In this document: piece after piece, positions 28,018-40,877 of the stretch | Layout of the letters: every line of letters begins with the position of its first letter | How positions within the stretch are numbered: the stretch's first letter is position 1 | Assembly: GCA_904063045.1 (NCBI GenBank) | Contig: CAJFCJ010000008.1 | Location: 310,001 to 374,000 of the forward strand | Source of the DNA: Dimorphilus gyrociliatus | Taxonomy: Eukaryota; Animalia; Annelida | DNA: 64,000 nucleotides | Reading direction: 5' to 3' | Position numbers and translations under genes: made by a program | Notes under the pieces: generated by a model | Seen by the model: only the letters and a program-made list of their open reading frames with translations | Told to the model about the DNA's origin: nothing | Databases searched by the model: none

Positions 28018-31000
28018 ATGGAAAACTCAGTTGTTCTTCTCCTACTTTCATTGATTCATTTGTCACATGGTGTCTCGGAGTTTGTAGTCTTTGATAGTCT
28101 ACCAAAGGATTTGCTTAGGCCTTCAGCTAAGTTTATTGTACGGAGTTCTTTTAAGGTAAGCGATATTCTCTTAAGAAAAAATAATGGAAACAGCTTTTCA
28201 ATGCCCCTCTACCCCAGTAGGCCTATTTACGCGAAAAATTATTGATCAATAATCATTTAGGACTCCAACCCTTTATTGATCAACAAAAAAATATTTAAGT
28301 CACAATTGCTGTTTGATTTTTTTCTGATTGATAGCCACCCATATCACGTTTATTATTCGAATATACCAGTATTAAGATAATCCGTTTGCAATATTTTTTC
28401 ACCTGTTAGTTTGTTTTGCGCTTTCACTCATCCGCCTATAAACACGTATACCCATGATCCCTTCCTATTTGGAAACACAGATGAAATTATCTTAGATACA
28501 AAAGTATTTGTGGCGTCCCCTGACGTTTTGCTCGACAATAAGCAACACGTGGCCTATGTAGTTGCCTAATTGACTGTTGCAGCTGTCGCCGGCATGTGTT
28601 ACTAGTTAATAACTAATTTTGAATTGTTAGAGGGCGCTAGAAATAATGAGGAGCGGAATATGAGAAGAGGTTTGACAGATTTAAACAAAGCTCGAAAGAA
28701 AATGTTTGTTTTTCAAAGAATAAAAACGGTTTCGCGTAATTTGCAGCGAACGTGAGATCTTCTGTTTATTCTAAACCATAAATTATGCTTTTGTGTAACG
28801 TCGTTTGCACTCTGAAACGTGATTTCTTCGAGTGATTGCTGTATTAAGTTTTATAAAAAACATAAAAGATGTTTTTATTAAATTCCCTGAGAACAGCAGG
28901 AATCTTTCTCCCCTTTTTCACCCGCCGTCTCCATCTTAAAGCTGAATTCCGTATTTTTATGGGTTCTATCGTATGATTTCACGTAATTGAAGCCCCTAAA
29001 ATAGCATGATGAATAATTGAGCTGCATAAAAAATATAAAAGCTACTGCTACTATATAAAAAAGGAACCGACCTGAATCTTTCCTAGGGATAGCTTTTCAT
29101 CACGCATTGAAACGTTTTACTAATTCCTTTAGAGTACTCACTATAAATTTATATTGAAATGATCTGACTTTTCTCCATATATACACTGAAGATTCACTTA
29201 TTTACCTATTCAGTTAATTTGAACAGGTGAATAAAAGAAGAGCGGGAAGAGTTTCAAATATATCCAAAGCGATTTTTGGCTTCCCTGTTATTTTTTTAGA
29301 TTACGTACTATTTACACTGGTTTCAGGGCGTCGTTTCGATTGTGTGCTTTGTAGGGGTTATAACATTGAAGTTTTGTTAGTTTTTTCTAGCCAATATTCA
29401 CTCTAGAATTTCTCCAAAAGTTCGAGTCAAGTTCATACAAAAACAAACAAACGAAGCTGTTCTAAATTTTATTGACAGTATACAGTCGCGTTCAAGCGTT
29501 ATTGTTTGAACAAATTCTCGCGAAAGGTGGCGAATCTTGGGCGTTGTTAATTACTCGTCAATGTTTTGACAAGAATTCCGCTTCAACTTGAACACCTTTT
29601 AAGAAAAGGCTTTGACATAGTCGTTTGCCACTTTGTATGTTGATTTTTCCTATTGTATTTACATTTTCGGTATTTTTCTGTTCTCTTTCTTACGTTTATT
29701 TTATGGGCTATAACATGGCTTTGCCAAGTAAAATACCGAAAACCACCGAACTCTTTTACCTATTTCGCCTGTAAGTAATTAAGGTGAATCGTAAAAAAGT
29801 AAGCTAGTTCTGTAAACAAATCGTTTCTTAGGCATTTTGCAATCAGCTTGTCTAAACAGTTGCTCTGACAAACTGACCTTCCTCTATCTCCACCCCCAAA
29901 ACCTGGTACGCAATACTTTATCAATAAGCTCATAAAATGTGAAAGAAAATGAAATAAGTGACGCTAAGGATTGAATGCCGTCATCTATTTTTTACATCTT
30001 AGTGTATGACACAGAATGTAATTAGCTAATTGCTGATTGATTATACGCAGTTATCCAGTCAAACAAGTAAATTACATTAAGCCAGCGACAATGTTTCATT
30101 TTTTAAATTATTAACGCTTCGCTAAACTCTTTGTCGACCCTTTATAGGCGAAACGCAATTTTCCCTTTTTTGGGGGCGTTCTCTTTCACCATCCCTTCCA
30201 CCCCTTCCAAAACCTCTCTCAAACGCGCTAGACCGACACTTCCTAACGAAGAATAATGATTTTTCATATGGGACTAAAATGTATTGACCGATACGATTAA
30301 CGGCTTCTAAACTTCTTCGCAACCAAGGATTTTTTCCATCAACCATATTTTTTATCCTTCTAATTCTTAGGATGAACGATTTTCGAATATATTGCAGTAA
30401 AACGTGTTCGCCTTCTTGATACGTCTAATAAATCTCTTGGGGATGATGATCCCCACAATGCAACGCACTCGTTAGTATATCCTGGTGGCGCCTCGTAAAA
30501 CATCATCTACAGCTACTTAAACATTTTAAGTAACAATAAACTTTGGTCTGCTCTCCAGCCGACTAAGAACTTTAACGAGAATCCTAAAAACTTTTAAACT
30601 CTAATACTTCTTATATTTAGCACTTTTTCCCATCAGCCACTTCTAAGTTTGAGAGACATATGAAAGGGTTTTTGGTATGACATGAAAGTAAATGACCGGC
30701 CACGTAGGACTGTTGTTTTTGCAAAGACAGTCTAGTCATTTTGGCGTTTGTTCTTGTTTTTACAATAACCTCCCAGGCGTGTGCCGATTGTTTATTCTTT
30801 CCCGTTTAATATATATCACCTTGTCCGTTTTCCAAATACCGTCTTTCTCTTTTTTCATTCTATTGACTAGCAAGACACACAGATGTAGCGTACAGGAGAA
30901 ACGCCTTTAGGTAGAGAATGTGACACCACCGTTGACATTTTACACCCATTTTACCGCCTTTGTATTCGTTTCGCTTTTTTCTCTACCTACCGTTTGTCCC

Positions 31001-34000
31001 AATTGACAGAAAAACCGGAGTCTGCTGTTTGAAAAAATATGTACGTTGTATATAAGCTGCCGGATTCTTTGACGGTGGATTGAAAGCCGACAAACACGAC
31101 TATTGGCCAATTAAGGCATCCATGCTCAACGAGTATGCGTGTATTAGCGGTAGTCAATGGTAATAAAGACATGGATATAAACTCTTCTTGTCTATTGAAA
31201 CTATTTGACGCCTTTTCCTTCGTGGTCAATAGCGGTCTAGGGCATTTAATAAAGAAATTTCTTTTATAATATAGTACCTATAAAATGTCTTTGGACTACT
31301 AGTAAAATTTCTTAAAAGCTTTTTTCAGTGTTTCTCAATCAATAAGGAAGGTTGGCGTTTCGGACGCTTAATGATAATTAGTGTGTATATTGTATCCACG
31401 ACGAACCGTTGCAGCTGTTTGTAGATTGTACAAACAGCAAAAATTGGACGAGTAGCTGAGGGGCGTCTAGAAATGGATATTTTATTTGCGTAAAGCTTCA
31501 CGGCCAGCTTCACTTTATTAATAGAAACATCTTTTTCTTTTGCTTATTCCCTACTCATTTTTACTCTTCCATGCACATTTTTTTCGCCGGCTTTATCGTG
31601 AAGAAAACAGCCAGTAATGAAAGACCCAAAATAAGCAACTACTCTTTAAACATAATTACTCTTACTTTATTCTTATTTGCGTCTTGAACGTTTATATAGA
31701 CCTATTAAAACTCGTATTCTCGACCACCTACACTGTTCTTTCTCTATATTTTCCATTTTAAGCCCTTCATCGCCATCCCCCCCACAAATCTTACATACCA
31801 CCTTCTTTATATGCACCCTTTCTATAGCGTCATATTTTCAAGTCTGTGTAATGATTGGAGGGAGGCTACTCACTCTTGTTTATAATTGTACGTCGCTTCC
31901 TTATAATTGGCGGCCATAGCGTCTGTCATGGACCGGACGCTGGTCATCCACCGAAATTTTCCTTAATTATTTACCAGTGTGCAGGTGTAGTATAAAAACT
32001 GATTAGCTATATTTACTCTTTTCTTTTTGTGTCTTTTGTTCCGGATTATTAATGTCTGTCCGTATTATTTGGGATGAATAGAATGGGGAATCTAAAGAAA
32101 CATTCTACTATGTAAACCAAGCACAATATATTGTATAAATGCGGTAAATTGCAAAATAAAATGTATACATGAATTCACACAGGTAAATGCTGCAATTTTT
32201 TGTTTATACATCTAGATTGAAAATAACATACAATATTTGGACAGTTGAGCTTTACCTGGTTATATCAACGGGAGATTTGGCGTTAGACGCCGCTCCTCTA
32301 GGCTTTTCAGCTATCGATCGCAATGCGACGACTTTAGGAGCGGATCTGAAACGGTTCTGCGAAAATTGCCCATTTTCCCCCTCTTTTTCGCTAAATCGGA
32401 TTCGTTCAGCGTCCGAGTCTGCATTGGCAATTTAGGCCTTTGTTAGTCGTATTCGTTTTCTGACCGTATATATTTATGGGAAAGGAGTCTAGCGAATTAT
32501 TTATCGAGCTATTACTAGATGTTTTAGGGATGATATATTGGTGTATTTTTACGCTCAATTATTTATACGAATATGTAGAGGAGACAAAACCCATCGACCA
32601 ATTGCCAATATCCAGCTGAAGATGACGTGTGTTGCATATATTAGACGCTTTTGGCGACTATATCATGTTAAAGGCTAAGAAAACTTTTAAGAAACTTTTA
32701 AACCTTTCACCAAAACTAATAAATGTAATTTATTATCGCTTGGGCGATTTTAACGCTCACATGACATTTTTTAAATGCAATCCTCATAGGATTTGTGACG
32801 TCATCTAACGAAATTTGTAACCCTTAACCCCAGTCGTAGTTGAGCTTATCGGTTTAGCGCGGATCGCCTAACTGGAATATTTAATCGTAGTGGGAGGATA
32901 GGGAGGGAAGCTTCAATAGCGTGTAGAAAGAGTTGATTTCCGGTTGGATTCTCATCTGCAAACCGGTATACGTGAAGTAACTGCGAACTGAAGCTTATTT
33001 ATAGAAATAGGTAAGGGAGTAGTTCCCTGTCCGTCGAAATGTTTACTCTGTATATCGAAGCCGCCCGGTTCATTATTAATATCTGTATTAAACAAACTGT
33101 AATTTGAAACATGACAAACAACATTGACAAACATTTCAACCGTACACTAAACGACGGTCTGTCCTTGCTTTTAAAGAGCAGATAAAAAATTGCAGAAAGG
33201 AAAAAATTCGACTAATCAATCTAGATACATCAATTACACGCCGAATAGTCTTTGCTTAAGGGCCTGAACTAAAAAAGAAGAATTCGTTTATTTGTTGTCT
33301 AGGCCTGTTTGTTTAAGGCTCCAAACTTCCCAGAACGCCTCTCTAATATTGATTAGCGAGCTGGAGACAAAAGTAAATTAGACACCCGAGTGGAGAAGTA
33401 ACTACTTTTACGCTGTAAAGGCGTTACATTCCGGCACAGGGTACACAGCCCCATTGGGATAGACTTCACGTGACCGATTACCTAACATGCTATTAAATTG
33501 TCTATCTTACCCTCCCTATTCTTTTTTCTTAGTCCCATATTTTATCTTAGCTGCCATCAGGTCTCTCAGATTGTTTGTTTGCCATTACCCCGTTTGACAA
33601 GATTGCAATTATCTAGAAGGAAAAACAGTGTAATTTACACTTTCTTAGCCGTTAATGAGATCAAGAACAATACTGGATAATACATTGTATCCATCAAACA
33701 GCATACTGCTTAGTACTGATAAGATCACCAATATATGGACATTTTCTTTAATTACGTTTTGTATAAAAGCTTAACCATATACTTACCGTTGAGACTCTGC
33801 GCACGGCCGCTACTAGACAAAACAGTATAGCACCAAAACCCGGCAATACTGGAACTTTATTATATTATAAGAAGAGTAAACTGCGTTAAGAGTTTGAGAA
33901 AGCATTTTTCTTATTATTATCGCAAAGTGGAGACAGACAGAGAGATTTGAATTGGTTTATTGTGCATATTTTGCAACTAAAATAGAATGAAACAGTCAAT

Positions 34001-37000
34001 TGCACAATGAAATATTTTAAAAGAGTAGCAACTGTCGGGACGTATTATCTGCTTCTCACATTTTACGATCCCTTTAATTCACTCATTCATCAATAATGCA
34101 TTAAAAAAGTATACAAAGGCTGCTTTGGAACATCAAAAAGCTGTCTAATATGAAAAAATAGAGTATCTACTGTTTTACAGTTAATTTTTAAAATTTAAAT
34201 AATCTTTTAAATAATACTCAAAAATAATATTTATGTGAAATCTAATATGAATCGTTCTTCACCTGAAGCTTCTATTGGAAATACGGGAAATAAGCCAGAC
34301 TTAGTAAAATATGCTGAACTATTGCTTATGCTTCATAACAATGTTAGAGAGAGTTTAGATGATTTTAAGATAAAAATAAAATTGAAAGTAGACAGAAATA
34401 TTCAAGAGACTGTTAGTTGTAAAGTAAAATCGATGATTGGAATAGAAAATATGGACGCCTGTCTAACTGTAGTAGCCTCCAGCAATTTCTCATCATCTCT
34501 TTCACCGACGCCTCCGACCAAGATGAATTCAAACGTAAGAAGTTTAAAGTCGTTAAGAAGATTAAAGCTTGAGCCAAACGATGATTCGAAAAGATCCTCT
34601 ATAAAACATCTAAGTAAATACTGCGGGATAACTGAACAGGGAAAAAAGTTTTTTGGTAAATTAGACAATGCTTCAACCACCATGCACATTCAGGCATAGA
34701 TTTATATATACGATAGAGTGGTCATTTTGGATTATAATTCTTTCAGTGATTATATTGATAGCTAAAGGGGTCGTTCTAGTTTTCCTTCTCCTTGAAGTTG
34801 TTGATAAGTAACACTTGATTAATGATTCAGTTTAAATTTGTTAAGACTAATTAACTTATTGAAAAGAAATTAATAAGGCTTACTCTTACAGCTCTTATAA
34901 CGAGACACAAAACGTTCTCGCTCTCTGTGTTCTATTTCTCTCCCCTTTTGCTGCTTTCCACCTATTTTACTTTTACAAAAATCTCTCTCCTCAATAATTC
35001 TATTTTCTGTAGAAAATCAGCATTATCCAATATATTTGAGGTTGGTTAGCTTATAAAAGCTATTTCATTTAGGTTATAAACGGTTGACTGTCATCTCCAA
35101 TCGTTTACGTATTAAGAAAATGAAGGAGTAGGTATAATCAGAGAGTGAAAAATTAAATTATTCTCAATTACCTACTTCTGATTATATGATTATCTCTTCT
35201 TCGTTTATAGAACATTATTGATTCATAGTCCTTTATTTTTCGTTTCTCCTTATTTCCTACTTTAGTTAAATACATATACATATTGATATTTTTTTTTGTA
35301 TAACCAACCTAAAAAGTCTGTTTTTCTTGAAAATATTTACATTATTTTTATAATTTATACGCTGTTCTTTCAGTAGATTAAGTTAATTTGACAGCTGAAA
35401 GTGCCATCTATTTATTGGTCTTATAAAGTAGGCTAAAAAAATCTTCGGGAATACAGCTATCCTCTAGTCTTTCTTTCTTCTTCGTCAATAAAAATAATAT
35501 AAAGAATATTGAAATCCAGAAAAACTAAAACTAATGACCGAAATCGGTATATATTACTATGGGTATTTAGAATTCGACTGCAGAGTATTTACAAAAGGCG
35601 TTGCATGACATCGAGAAGCTAATAAAATTCAGAAATGCGATCAACTGCCGACGTCTATACGATCTGATCGAAACGAAATTGATCGATTTGTGCGGAAGCG
35701 GATGTATGGAGGAAGTGGTCCGCAACTATTTTGTGAATAACGAAAAAATTCCGGTTTATTGCTCAACCGCTGATAAAGCTGACAGTTGTTATGAACAATT
35801 ACATGATCATATTAGCATCCTTTTGAAAATTAGAACTGAGACAAGAGCTAGTCTTTTGTTAATAAGAGGCGTTTTGGATGACAATTTGTCATTTGAAAAA
35901 TGTAAACCAACTTTTCAAAAGCTTAATCAAGTGGACAGTAAAATTTCCGAAAAAGATTATAGACCATTAACTGTTTGCAGTAGATTCGATTATAAAATCT
36001 AATGATACTTTTGAGATAGGAAGGTGGAATAAATGCGGAAAAAAATTATATAATACTTAAAGATTTAACGTAATCCATTTAAATTAGATATCACATGCAT
36101 TGCGTGGAAAATTAACCGTTGAGGATTGACGCCTACTTTTCAGCCCTCATCCTTTAAAGCTACCGGCGGATTTTCTTATTATTTCCGAAATTATTCTCCA
36201 ATTACGTCATAGGCGGTACTCAAGCGGTCAGCACCTGCTGATTTGGCATATATTCATTAAAGTCGTAAATGGGGAATTTTTTCCTGCCTGATCGCAACTT
36301 GACCTTTAACATTCGTTCCTAATATCGTTCGTTATACGCACGACATATTCAATTAATTCCACCTTTTTTCTGAATTACGCAGCCTGTCATTATCCCTTTT
36401 GATTCGTACGCGTAAATTTACGAGCTGTCGCCGAAACTAATGTAAACAATTCGGTCGACGGTAATTTACCATTTGTCACGTGACGTTTAAAGCTTCCGTG
36501 AAATGCACGCGGAAAAGAAATATTAATGTAATCTTATTAGACGTTCTCGTAAGTAAATTTAGTATTTTTGTAAAGGGAAGATTCGCTAATTGTATTAAAG
36601 GCAGAAAAGACAGTCTAGAGAAATTTCCGGTTTACTATCCGTTTCCCATTCTTTTCAACTTTGTTCCAGAACGATTCGCGTGGAAACGTTCCAAATTTTT
36701 GTTTGAACTTTATTGACCCTTCACATGTTCGCGTTCCATTGTTAGGGCAGAGTGTGAGATTAGCGGAAAATTTTTGTATTTAATAAGAAAATAAAGGTTT
36801 TGACTTAGGAAGGAGATTCTTGTTGATAAGATAATGGAGGGCGTTAAAAGCGTTCTATGTCTCATCATATTTTTCCGAAAGCTCTCACTACACCCTGGGG
36901 AATTATCGCTAAAATACAGCATCAAGAGGATTACGGGCGTTGCTATTCATACCTGGTTGTCGGCGACGTTTTAACAGCTATCGAAGCTTTAACAATGACG

Positions 37001-38884
37001 CCATTGGTGTTAAATTGTTTTTAATGGCGTATTGAACTTCATCCTGTTCCCTTCATTTCCCTTACGCTCGATTTGTCCAGCTGCGATGTCCACTATCATC
37101 ATTATACACGTTCCCTTTGGCGTTTACGTAAGCTTTTGACGCCAAATTGAAAAATGCAGCGATGCAGCTCTGCTATATTCCTTCTCATTCTCCGCCCCGT
37201 TGAACAGCATCCACTTTAGAACAAACGCGTTCTAATTTGGCGGCGAAGCGTTTAAAATTACCCTGTTTTCTTTTTCTTCCTTTTACAGACTGTCGTAGAA
37301 TTTATAGAATCAGACGACTTCCACATCGATATTAACGTCACGTCGGACTCCTATGATGATTTGACTAAAGTGAACTACGTCTACTCTTCGGATGGAGATG
37401 CAGCTTTGCTATATTTAGTAAGTTTACAAATACTCTCCACTGTTAATCAAATCTGTTTTGGTGGGAAAATTTCGAATAATAGGTCTTGATCGATAATACA
37501 AATAACAAATGTATTTACTTTATTTGGGGAAATATATGAGAATAAGTCGACAAAGTTCTCTTATCATCTAACAATATTACAATACAAAGAAACGAGATTT
37601 TTCAGCCTATTTACCCCGCCTTAACAATCGAATCTTTTATTAAGGAAAACTAATGTATAGTTTCACACTATTTGTTTTACACATATCCATTTTCATTAAA
37701 GTTATTAATTATCCTACTACTATTCTTTCTCTATCTCTCTCGCTCTCTCTTTCCCTGCCACGTCTTTACTCTTTAAAGGCTATTGATGAATTTATTCTAT
37801 GCAGTCAATCCTCTTTTTCTTTAATTTAAAAATTTTCTATAAAAAATTACATTAGACATTGGTTGAAGATTTTCTTCATTCCATTAATGGAGAGATTTCT
37901 GTACCATATAAGCCTGAATAATATTCACTATAGATGATATAAGGAGTTGAGAAAGACGTTATTTAATTTATGGAGATAATATGTATATCGGGAAAATAAC
38001 TCTCAATAATATTCAGAATTTTAATACGCTTATATGTCTAGTCAATATCAACATCTGTTTTCTTCTCGTAAAGTACAAAGGGAAAAGAGTCTTTACCTAA
38101 AGATAAACAAACTAATTTTAGAGCTAAAGTAACACTGTGTCGTGTATTAGAATGGAGAATGGAGCAAGTCTTTAATAATCTAGCTAACTACCCAAAGGCG
38201 TTGTAGCAAATGAATATCTATTTATCAATGCATAAAAGTAAAAACCAGGTATTGTTTACTAAGGAAGTAATTGACTGGCAAGAATTGAACACCACAGAAC
38301 CTTTTCAAGCTATTTATTCATGCTGATGATTCAATTAAACAATAGATCTTTGTCAGCGGTCAACTGTGAATAGGCAGCTCTTTTAGGCAATTAGCAATTG
38401 AATGTATATAGCCGCTAGATGGCGCTGTACTTGTTTCAAGGGAATGAAAACACTATTATAAATGGAATTAATTCTTAGAGTTTGGAATTTTTTATATTCT
38501 GTTTGATTAGACATAATTAATTTTTTTCATTCAATAATCTTTTAATTACAGTATGAAGCTGAAAAAGAATTGGAAGGTCTAACAAAAGAATTGGGCATTA
38601 CATATTTATCAGCAACTATCGTCGCCATCTGTTGTATAGTGTTTATTTCGATAACAATATTCATCTGTTGGTGGAATACAAATAAAAGACCTTTACTAAG
38701 TGGAAAATTTCAATTTAAACCAGGTAAAATTTCAAGTTGACTACTCCATTAAAACCTAAGCTTTGCTTAGTAATTAGTTGGAACTCAATATGCAAATGAG
38801 TAATGTCCGCGCTGCCACTCTAGTGAGCGTAGACGGTATATAAGAGAAATAAGTATGTAAGTAAGGTTGTACGGGTTCGCCCGT

Positions 38885-38924
<40 letters not shown>

Positions 38925-40838
38925 GGCCCCTGCGCAAGGATGACACGCAAATTCGTGAAGCGTTCCATATTTTTTTGTCAAATTAAAATATTCTCTTTCA
39001 TCCCATTTTATTAATTGTTAATGAACTACGGTAGCTTATAAGAATGCTAATACAATCAAATCTATTATATCTTTAATCTTCTAAAAATAGTTTTATATTT
39101 CTAACAGACTCGAGTGCTGCTCCTCTTTTAGACGATTGTAAGTCTATAACAAAATTAAAAAAAGAGGATGGATGCGTCTCCAGTGATGAAGAAGGTAGAC
39201 GAGGTGCGGCAAGAAACGCTGCTTATAATACAACACCAAAAAGACAATTTCAAGGTAAAGACAATCCTTTGTAACCGACTATATAATTAAGCTCATTATA
39301 TGCTTTTTATATAAAAAAAAAAGAGAGTATAAATAACTTTTTCTCTTTTTTCATTACTTATTTTTTCCTGTAGATAAGCAAAAAGAAGCAGATTACGCTC
39401 ACAGGGTTACTTTTGCTAAGGGCGATGATGTCTCAACTAAACTCGCGCAAATTCCTGGTAGGTCTATTTAACCTTTATTAACCTTAGGTCTACTTATTAG
39501 TAAAAATCTTACAATACATAGACTGCTATGGTTCGGATGTTCCAGATGTTTTAAAATCTCGTACCAATCGACCTCAACCGGCAGCTGACCTGACAAATAC
39601 TCAGTCCAGAGGCGTCCACACTGATGATGTAGTTTCCTGTTTAATTAAAGGTAATATGAGAATAATGAATGAAAATTACCATCTATCTTTTTACTTGCTT
39701 GTCTTTGTAGATGCCCGAGGCTCACCAAAGTACAGCAGGACCCTAGAGAAACCAACTAGCGTTACTTTTGGCTATCCTGTCGCCAGATTTGGAGATGAGG
39801 ATGAAAGTTCCGGTACAAGCAAAAGTTCTAGTATTAAGGGCGCAACCATAACTTCTTTTGATAGTGGAAAGGGTAGGCGTTACCTTGGGAAGTCGCAGTT
39901 CTCTTCCTTAAATTAAGCTTTTTCATTAAGAATAAGAATAACCCTTTTTCCTTTTTCCCCTCCCACTTAAACCCTCATCCCAGGAGATACAGATTCCTCT
40001 AGTTCAACTAGTCTGTACGCGAGGAAAGAGAAAATAGCTAGTAATTCTAGTTGTTCTTCCGTAGCAACCGTTGTCAACGCGGACCGTCAAGGACGATATG
40101 GTACCTTGCCCGCCTCTTCATCGAGAGGCTGCTCCACAGATAGGTCGTCGTCGAGAAGTTCGACGCTTGACCGGAAAACCGGTGGTAGTAGTGGTGGCGG
40201 TTCTTCTTCCGGAATATATAGTGTTAAGCAGTAAGCGTTTGCCGTTTGTAATTGAATTTCAGAACTAATAGTTTTCCTTTGTTAGCGTACATATTGCAGT
40301 CGTCTTTTGTCTAGCTCTGATTGTGTTTGGCTCAAACGCTTCCCAAAGTATTGATCGAACCAAAGCTCATATTAAAATTTATCATCCTTTTGGAACCGTC
40401 CGAAATGCATCAGAAGTATACCTCCCGTCTGGCTATGACAGTAAAGTACTAGTTCACACTAAATACAATTTGATTATAAAATGGATGGGTATGTTTTATA
40501 ATCACTTATTCACTGATATCGATTAATATCGAGTAATCTGACCTACCCTAGATCTGAGTAGATCGATGGTAGCCCACCTACCAATGAATGCTATTGACAA
40601 ATTGGAAAGAGGGGAAAAGGCAAGCTGTAACCTTCATAGTACATGCACCGACGGATGCGATGTTCTGACCGGGGAATGCGTTTGCCATCACGGCTATTAT
40701 TTAAACAACGATGGATCTACGTGCGACGGTACATATTCTTGAGTATCATTTTGATAAGTAATAACGCCATCTATTGTATATAAATCCAACTAAAAAAACT
40801 TGCATCGGTTTGTCAAGTCTAGAAAAATTGTATTATTA

Positions 40839-40877
<39 letters not shown>

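Noticed and set aside
29005-29080. Possible C/D box snoRNA (ATGATGA...CTGA)
   Set aside because: No terminal stem and no convincing rRNA guide complement.
34402-34689. Minus-strand 95-aa ORF
   Set aside because: Antisense shadow of the longer plus-strand ORF 34247-34699.
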